The position numbers and the translations under genes are program-made. The notes beneath the pieces were generated by a model. That model was not told the DNA's origin and made no database searches. It saw only the letters and a program-made list of their open reading frames with translations. From Nitrospinales bacterium (GTDB lineage: Bacteria; Nitrospinota; Nitrospinia; Nitrospinales; VA-1), in assembly GCA_965223345.1 (NCBI GenBank), contig CBDCWG010000012.1, positions 2,528,001 to 2,592,000 on the forward strand: a stretch of DNA of 64,000 bases, in the 5' to 3' direction. Below are positions 58,596-64,000 of this stretch, piece by piece. The first letter of the stretch is position 1; each line of letters starts with the position of its first letter.

Positions 58596-58877
58596 TTATA
58601 AGATGAGCCCGCGTTCGCGCACGAGCTTGGATTTCACCATCTGGAACGCTCTCCCGAAATCCATCATGTTGCGTTCGTAATCCTTGGTTTTGGATTCCAG
58701 GAGCATCTTGACTTCCTCGTTGAGCCTGTCTTCGACCATGAGGTCTTCGATGATGATGTGGTTGACGATGGCTTCCAGTTTTTCCGGGCGGTCGTCCCAC
58801 AGGAGCATTTCTTTTTTGATGAGCGTCTGGACGATGTCTTTCGCCATGTGTTCAACGAGTTCTTTTGTTAATCTCAT
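58596..58877 (-). CDS. DUF507-family protein
   Basis: MRLTKE..., EDRLNEEVK, FQMVKSKLVRERGLIL. Confidence 0.82.
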   Translation of the reverse strand: MRLTKELVEHMAKDIVQTLIKKEMLLWDDRPEKLEAIVNHIIIEDLMVEDRLNEEVKMLLESKTKDYERNMMDFGRAFQMVKSKLVRERGLIL

Positions 58878-58952
58878 GTATCCTGTCTTCGGTTGGTTTG
58901 TAGTGTAAGGTTGTGTCTGTTCTCTGGATTTCAGGACGATCCCGGAAATCAG

Positions 58953-59025
58953 AGCGGGAGACGGGGTTCGAACCCGCGACATTCAGCTTGGGAAGCTGAC
59001 ACTCTACCAACTGAGCTACTCCCGC
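58953..59025 (-). tRNA. tRNA-Gly (CCC)
   Basis: GCGGGAG/CTCCCGC acceptor, TCAGC-TTCCCAA-GCTGA arm, GTTCGAA T-loop; CCA not encoded. Confidence 0.96.
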
Positions 59026-59056
59026 AGGTTTTGCAGCGAAACGATGCGATCCCGTT

Positions 59057-59245
59057 TCAAGAATTTTTATCACCCAGAATCAGGATCAGGTTGTCTCCTG
59101 TGACGTGGATGTCCAGAATCTTGATTTTTTGTTCGTTGATCTCGGCGATGGCCCCGTTGACCATCTTCTCGATGGCCTCGGCGCTTTCTTCCATGATGTT
59201 CAACACCTTCACTCCGGAAATTTTATGCCGAGAATCGAATCCCAT
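59057..59245 (-). CDS. Small hypothetical protein
   Basis: GAGG RBS, 62 aa, beta-alpha-beta pattern. Confidence 0.7.
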   Translation of the reverse strand: MGFDSRHKISGVKVLNIMEESAEAIEKMVNGAIAEINEQKIKILDIHVTGDNLILILGDKNS

Positions 59246-59677
59246 GATGCCTCATAAAAAAACCGCAGCGAACATCCGGGCTTTCCCCATTGAGTAAAAA
59301 TCCCCTTATAATACAAAGAGAAACGGATGTCGGAACGGCAGGGTCTTAAATTTGGGTCATTATCCGATATTTGCGTTGAGTAATCAATTATTATGTTTGC
59401 AAGGCCTGCGCCTCCGGACCCCCTGATTTGAGCGGGCGGAATGGAAGGGCAGGTGCTGGGCCCGCGGCCGCTGATACGCGGCGCAAGCGAATGTTATTGA
59501 ATTTACAATCGAGTTTCAGTAGTATGGTTTCAATAAAATTTCAGACATTAAGCCATTGAAACGTAAAAGTTTTTTCAATGGATCGATGCAAGAACCGATG
59601 GGTGTCCCCATCGGGGCTTTCGGGATGCCAAGCTTACGCGTACCCGGAACCCCGCCCTTAATCTAGAGCGCCAGCCC

Positions 59678-60568
59678 GTGGTCCGACCTGTCAATTTCAC
59701 CGAAAAGATTCCGATCAGCCATCACCTGATCGAACTGCGCGACCGGTTTGTCATCGTCGCGATCGTGGTCGCGTTCTTTTTCGGCCTGTGCTTTTTCCTG
59801 ATCGACTTTCTGCTGCTGTGGCTGGAGGAACCGCTGCCGCGGCAGTTCGCCGATCTCACGTTCATCACCCCCACCGAACCGTTTTTCACCTCCATGAAGG
59901 TCTCCTTCATGGGATCGCTGTTCATCTCCATGCCGGTGATCCTGTATCACGTCTGGGGCTTCATCGCGCCGGGCCTGAAGGTGAAAGAGAAAAAGATCAC
60001 CGCCATGTTCGTCGGCTTCGGCACGTTCTTTTTCGTCATGGGCGGGGTGTTCTGCTACTTTCTGGTGCTGCCTCTCGGACTCAAGTTTCTCATGAACTGG
60101 GGCGCGCAGTGGTGGAAGATGCAGGTGACGATCGGGTTTTATTTTTCCTTCGTCGTGAAGCTGATGCTGGCGTTCGCGTTCGCGTTCCAGACGCCGCTGC
60201 TCATGGTGCTGTTGACCAAGTTCGGCGTCGCCAACACGGTGAAGATGCGCATGTACCGCAAATGGGCGTTCCTCGGCATGTTCGCCATGGCGGCGATTCT
60301 GACGCCTCCGGACATCATCACCCAGGTGCTGCTCGCGGTGCCGCTGTACTGCCTGTACGAATTCGGCGTCGTGGTCTCCACCTTCTTCGAGGACCCCAAA
60401 AACCGGCAGGCCGTGTACCAGGCGATGCGGGATCAGGAAGCCGCGAAGAAAGCCGCGCGCGAAGCCGCTTACAGGGCCAAAGAGGAAGAGAAAACCGGCA
60501 AGAAAGTCACCCGCAAGGTGGTGAAGAAAGTCGTGCGCAAAGTCAAAAAGGACCCCGCCCGCAAATAA
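59678..60568 (+). CDS. tatC: Twin-arginine translocase subunit C
   Basis: HLIELR, PTEPF, WGFIAPGLKVKE, FQTP, TPPD, LYE; Lys-rich tail. Confidence 0.95.
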   Translation: MVRPVNFTEKIPISHHLIELRDRFVIVAIVVAFFFGLCFFLIDFLLLWLEEPLPRQFADLTFITPTEPFFTSMKVSFMGSLFISMPVILYHVWGFIAPGLKVKEKKITAMFVGFGTFFFVMGGVFCYFLVLPLGLKFLMNWGAQWWKMQVTIGFYFSFVVKLMLAFAFAFQTPLLMVLLTKFGVANTVKMRMYRKWAFLGMFAMAAILTPPDIITQVLLAVPLYCLYEFGVVVSTFFEDPKNRQAVYQAMRDQEAAKKAAREAAYRAKEEEKTGKKVTRKVVKKVVRKVKKDPARK

Positions 60569-60597
60569 CCACTGAGTGTGCGCCGGTGGATTGAAGG

Positions 60598-61317
60598 ATG
60601 AACCCTCTCGGCTACATCCCGCGACAGCATGGTGACCGGTTGTTTATAGCGGCGCTGGTCTCGGGATTGTGCTTCGCACTGTCTCTGATTTTCATCGATC
60701 CCCTCTTGTTGTTGCTGGAATACCCCATCCCCCGAGCATACGCCGATCTGACTTTTCTTTCTCCCAACGAACCGGCCTGGGTTGCTGTGAAAGTGGCCGT
60801 CATGGCAACGCTGTTTCTATCGATGCCGACGATTCTGTACGCCTTATGGGGGCATTTGCCTCGAAATAGCGCAGTGCAAAAAAAACACGCTGCCGGTTGG
60901 TTTGTGGGGCTCGGAACATTGTTCTTTGTTCTGGGTGGGGTGTTCTGCTACTTTCTCGTGCTGCCTCTCGGACTCAAGTTCCTGCTGAACTGGGGCGTGC
61001 AGTGGTGGAAGATTCAGGTGACGATGGAGCTATATTATACGTTTGTCACCAACTTGATGACGGTGTTTGCATTTGCGTTCTTGACACCGCTGATTATGGT
61101 GATGCTCGTTCAGAACGGATACGTGAAGACGGTGCAGTTGCGAAAGGCTCGACCCTGGTTTTATTGCGCCAGTTTTGTGATTGCGGCGGTTCTGACGCCA
61201 TCGGACATCATCACACAGGTGCTGCTCGCGGTACCGCTGTACTGCCTGTACGAATTCGGCGTCGTGGTATCCATCTTCTTTGAAAATTCTCGCAACGGCA
61301 ATCCCGGCATCCCGTAA
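60598..61317 (+). CDS. tatC: Second, degenerate TatC paralog
   Basis: Intact TatC TM layout, TPSD and LYE, but lacks HLxELR and FIAPGLxxxE. Confidence 0.8.
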   Translation: MNPLGYIPRQHGDRLFIAALVSGLCFALSLIFIDPLLLLLEYPIPRAYADLTFLSPNEPAWVAVKVAVMATLFLSMPTILYALWGHLPRNSAVQKKHAAGWFVGLGTLFFVLGGVFCYFLVLPLGLKFLLNWGVQWWKIQVTMELYYTFVTNLMTVFAFAFLTPLIMVMLVQNGYVKTVQLRKARPWFYCASFVIAAVLTPSDIITQVLLAVPLYCLYEFGVVVSIFFENSRNGNPGIP

Positions 61318-61333
61318 TTTTGAGTTTTCCTGC

Positions 61334-62032
61334 TCAAAACAAAAATCCCACCAGTGTGATCAGGCGCGGATACAGGTGCACCACGCCCAAAAACGCCAGC
61401 GCGCAGCAGGCCTGAAATACCCAGGCCGCGTACAGCGTGCCGGTGGCGCGGAACAGGAACGCGGTGATCCCGCCGAGGATGAACAGTCCGAGACTCAGTT
61501 TGAGCTGCGCCAGCGTGAACAGCAGGGCGACGGCGTAGATTGCCAGCACCGGGTTGATGCGCTGAATCAAGCCCTGCAGGACGAAGCCGTTGAAAAACGC
61601 CTGCTGGATGAGCGGCGTCAGAACCGCGGACATGAGCAACGCGAGGGCTCCGGGAAACGGTTCGTCCCGGTTGGCCGCGGCCCGTTCGGCCCCCTGGAAC
61701 AGCTCGTGATCCGATAAGCCCGAAAGGGCGATCATGCCGTCGAGCACCGGAAGCGCCAGCAGAACCAGCCCGCCGAGGACGCCGCCGATCAACAGATGAT
61801 TGCCGAGATATTCTTTGCCAAAGCCCAACCGTTGCGGATCGGCTTTTTTCAGTCCCCAAAGCGCGAGCAGCGCCGCCGCCATGAAGATCAGCGACGCGTG
61901 CTGCGAGAGCCACGGATGCGGCCGCAAGAGGATCGAGGCTGCCGGAATGAACAGCAGGAAATAAACCGTCAGCACCACAAGCGTTGTGGGGAAACTCCCC
62001 GTTCCCGTCAGTTCGCTGCGTTTTACGATCAA
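61334..62032 (-). CDS. CPBP (CAAX/Abi) family membrane protein, probably non-catalytic
   Basis: Multi-TM; PLIQQAFFNG at the EExxFRG site, TGTLYAAWVFQ at the H-xxxN site. Confidence 0.65.
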   Translation of the reverse strand: MIVKRSELTGTGSFPTTLVVLTVYFLLFIPAASILLRPHPWLSQHASLIFMAAALLALWGLKKADPQRLGFGKEYLGNHLLIGGVLGGLVLLALPVLDGMIALSGLSDHELFQGAERAAANRDEPFPGALALLMSAVLTPLIQQAFFNGFVLQGLIQRINPVLAIYAVALLFTLAQLKLSLGLFILGGITAFLFRATGTLYAAWVFQACCALAFLGVVHLYPRLITLVGFLF

Positions 62033-62080
62033 GGCGTCATCTCCAGGAGTCCGGAGTCGAAAGGTTGCGTGCCGGGAAGA

Positions 62081-62368
62081 TTACTCGGGCGGTGTGGGCT
62101 GGCGGGCGCCGGACAGATGCGCGGGCGGCGCTTCGCGGGTGTCCGGTGTGTCCGCGCCGCTGATGTGGTCGGTGCGGTTGCGCACTTCCTGTGTGTATTC
62201 GGACCCCGCGCCGCCGCTGATGTGGACCCAGTGGTACTGGTCCATCGTGCGGTTCTGGGTTTCCTGGGAGGCGGTGATTTCGCTTTTGAGGAGGTTGGCG
62301 TTCAGATAGAATCCGCCGAAAATCAAAGCGGAGAGGATGCAGGATTCGATGAACACGTTTTTCCACAT
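62081..62368 (-). CDS. Hypothetical exported protein
   Basis: N-terminal hydrophobic segment, disordered tail. Confidence 0.55.
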   Translation of the reverse strand: MWKNVFIESCILSALIFGGFYLNANLLKSEITASQETQNRTMDQYHWVHISGGAGSEYTQEVRNRTDHISGADTPDTREAPPAHLSGARQPTPPE

Positions 62369-62502
62369 AAAAATCTTGTTTTCAAGTGGTTATAAAAACG
62401 TCATCAGTTTAAAGCGTCTGCTGTGAAAATTCAACACGCAAACGCCGGTGCGCTGTGGCGCACCCACCCGAGCAAAGCGGGCCCGATTGGATTATAATGG
62501 AA

Positions 62503-62558
62503 TTGACAAATTCTTGTTCTTTATTTACTATCCGTTTTTGTAATAAAATGATTTTATT
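62503..62558 (+). promoter_or_regulatory. Sigma70 promoter with downstream palindrome for rpiB-glyA
   Basis: TTGACA-17 nt-TACTAT; AATAAAAT-G-ATTTTATT at 62542-62558. Confidence 0.7.
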
Positions 62559-62731
62559 GAGGTAATTTAAGTTTCAACGCCCAAAGCGGGGTGCCGAGGG
62601 CCCAACCCGTTTCGGAAACCGTTTGCACCGTCAGCATCATTTCATCTCCAGGTTCCCTCAGTTTCACCGTGTGCAGCGGAATTCTGTCCTGAATCGAATC
62701 CCTTTCGGGTTTCCAGACTAGAGATCCACGA

Positions 62732-63217
62732 ATGAAAAAGCTGGCCATCGCATCCGATCACGCCGGATACGAGCTCAAGGAAAGTGTCCTCTCGCATTTG
62801 CGGGACAAAGGGGTGGAGGTCGAGGATTTCGGCCCCAACAACACCGATTCGGTGGATTACCCGGATTACGGAATCCCGCTCGCCAAGGCCATCCTGGGAA
62901 ACCAGGTCGAACGCGGCATCGTCATCTGCGGCACCGGCGTGGGGATGTCGATCGTCGTCAACCGCTTTCCCGGCATCCGCGGAACGCTGTGTTCGGATGT
63001 GTACACAGCCAAGGTGTGCCGCGCCCACAACGACTCCAACGTCCTCATCCTCGGCGGCCGGGTGATCGGCACCGGGCTGGCGCAGGAGATCGTCGATACC
63101 TGGCTCGAAACGCCGTTCGACGGCGGCCGCCATCAGCGGCGGCTGGACAAGATCAAAAGCATCGACCAATCCATGCAGCAGCGCGACGAACAAGTCAACG
63201 TGAAAGGAGAACTCTAA
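62732..63217 (+). CDS. rpiB: Ribose-5-phosphate isomerase B
   Basis: ASDHAG, DYPD, CGTGVG, HNDSNVL, GGRHQRR. Confidence 0.96.
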   Translation: MKKLAIASDHAGYELKESVLSHLRDKGVEVEDFGPNNTDSVDYPDYGIPLAKAILGNQVERGIVICGTGVGMSIVVNRFPGIRGTLCSDVYTAKVCRAHNDSNVLILGGRVIGTGLAQEIVDTWLETPFDGGRHQRRLDKIKSIDQSMQQRDEQVNVKGEL

Positions 63218-63218
63218 G

Positions 63219-64000
63219 TTGTCACTATCGGAATTTGATCCGGAAATCGCCCAGGCCATCAAAGGGGAAACCGAGCGGGAAAACTTCACGCTGGAGATGA
63301 TCGCTTCGGAAAACTTCGTCAGCCGGCAGGTGCAGGAAGCGCAGGGCTCGGTCATGACGAACAAGTACGCCGAGGGGTATCCCGGCAAGCGCTATTACGG
63401 CGGCTGCGAATACGTGGACGTGGCGGAAAACCTCGCCATCGAGCGCGCCAAGAAGATCTTCGGCGCCGAACACGCCAACGTGCAGCCGCATTCGGGCTCG
63501 CAGGCCAACATGGCGGTGTACCACACGGTTTTGAAGCCCGGCGACACGGTGCTGGGCATGAACCTCTCGCACGGCGGGCACCTGACGCACGGCAGCCCGG
63601 TCAATTTTTCCGGCTACACCTACAATGTGGTGGCGTACGGTGTGGACGAAAAAACCGAATGCATCGACTACGACGAAGTCAGCCGGCTGGCGAAAGAAAA
63701 CAAGCCCAAAATGATCATCGTCGGCGGCAGCGCCTACCCGAGGATCATCGATGCGGTCAGGTTCCGCGAGATCGCCGATTCGGTGGGCGCGAAGATCATG
63801 ACCGACATCGCGCATCCGGCCGGGCTGGTGGCGGCGGGGCTGTATCCTTCACCGGTGCCGCACTCGGAGTTCGTCACCACGACCACGCACAAAACCCTGC
63901 GCGGTCCGCGCGGCGGCATGATCCTCTGCAAGGAGGAATTCGCGAAGGACGTGAACAAACGGATCTTCCCCGGCATTCAGGGTGGCCCGCTCATGCACGT
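63219..64000 (+). CDS. glyA: Serine hydroxymethyltransferase (partial, runs off window)
   Basis: TTG start; [61 protein letters not shown]. Confidence 0.97.
   Translation, partial: MSLSEFDPEIAQAIKGETERENFTLEMIASENFVSRQVQEAQGSVMTNKYAEGYPGKRYYGGCEYVDVAENLAIERAKKIFGAEHANVQPHSGSQANMAVYHTVLKPGDTVLGMNLSHGGHLTHGSPVNFSGYTYNVVAYGVDEKTECIDYDEVSRLAKENKPKMIIVGGSAYPRIIDAVRFREIADSVGAKIMTDIAHPAGLVAAGLYPSPVPHSEFVTTTTHKTLRGPRGGMILCKEEFAKDVNKRIFPGIQGGPLMH

Noticed and set aside
59250..59677. tatA or a structured RNA upstream of tatC
   Set aside because: No TatA-like ORF; hairpins (ACATCCG/CGGATGT, CCGATGGG/CCCATCGG) are short and match nothing I recognise

Overview
Bacterial chromosomal window, GC-rich in coding regions with AT-rich intergenics. 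Gene content (mitochondrial-type aconitase, paralogous LRR and FGE/SUMF1 proteins, DUF507 pair) suggests a Nitrospina-like organism; this is inference only. Core genes: metF, a divergent pgk, Rne/Rng ribonuclease, ftsE-ftsX-envC-ctpA-tsaD, Glu/Leu dehydrogenase, gpsA-larB, aconitase, larC, two tatC copies, rpiB-glyA, tRNA-Met(CAT) and tRNA-Gly(CCC). The best candidate novel system is a minus-strand three-gene operon at 3555-6185. It encodes a small Asn/Asp-rich secreted HfaA-like protein, a CsgG/HfaB-family lipoprotein pore and a secreted protein with eight ~46-aa beta-rich repeats, i.e. a holdfast-anchor/curli-like secretion module. It has a long leader palindrome, an upstream lytic-transglycosylase-FimV fusion and a nearby multidomain glycosyltransferase cluster. 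Other notable signals: a second TatC lacking twin-arginine recognition residues but sharing near-identical DNA blocks with the first, an orphan promoter/operator followed by a ~170-nt structured RNA candidate, mosaic REP-like repeats in inverted orientation, and a diiron oxidase next to a SagB-type nitroreductase. No CRISPR array, integrase or transposase was recognised. All family calls are by eye from motifs; no searches were run.
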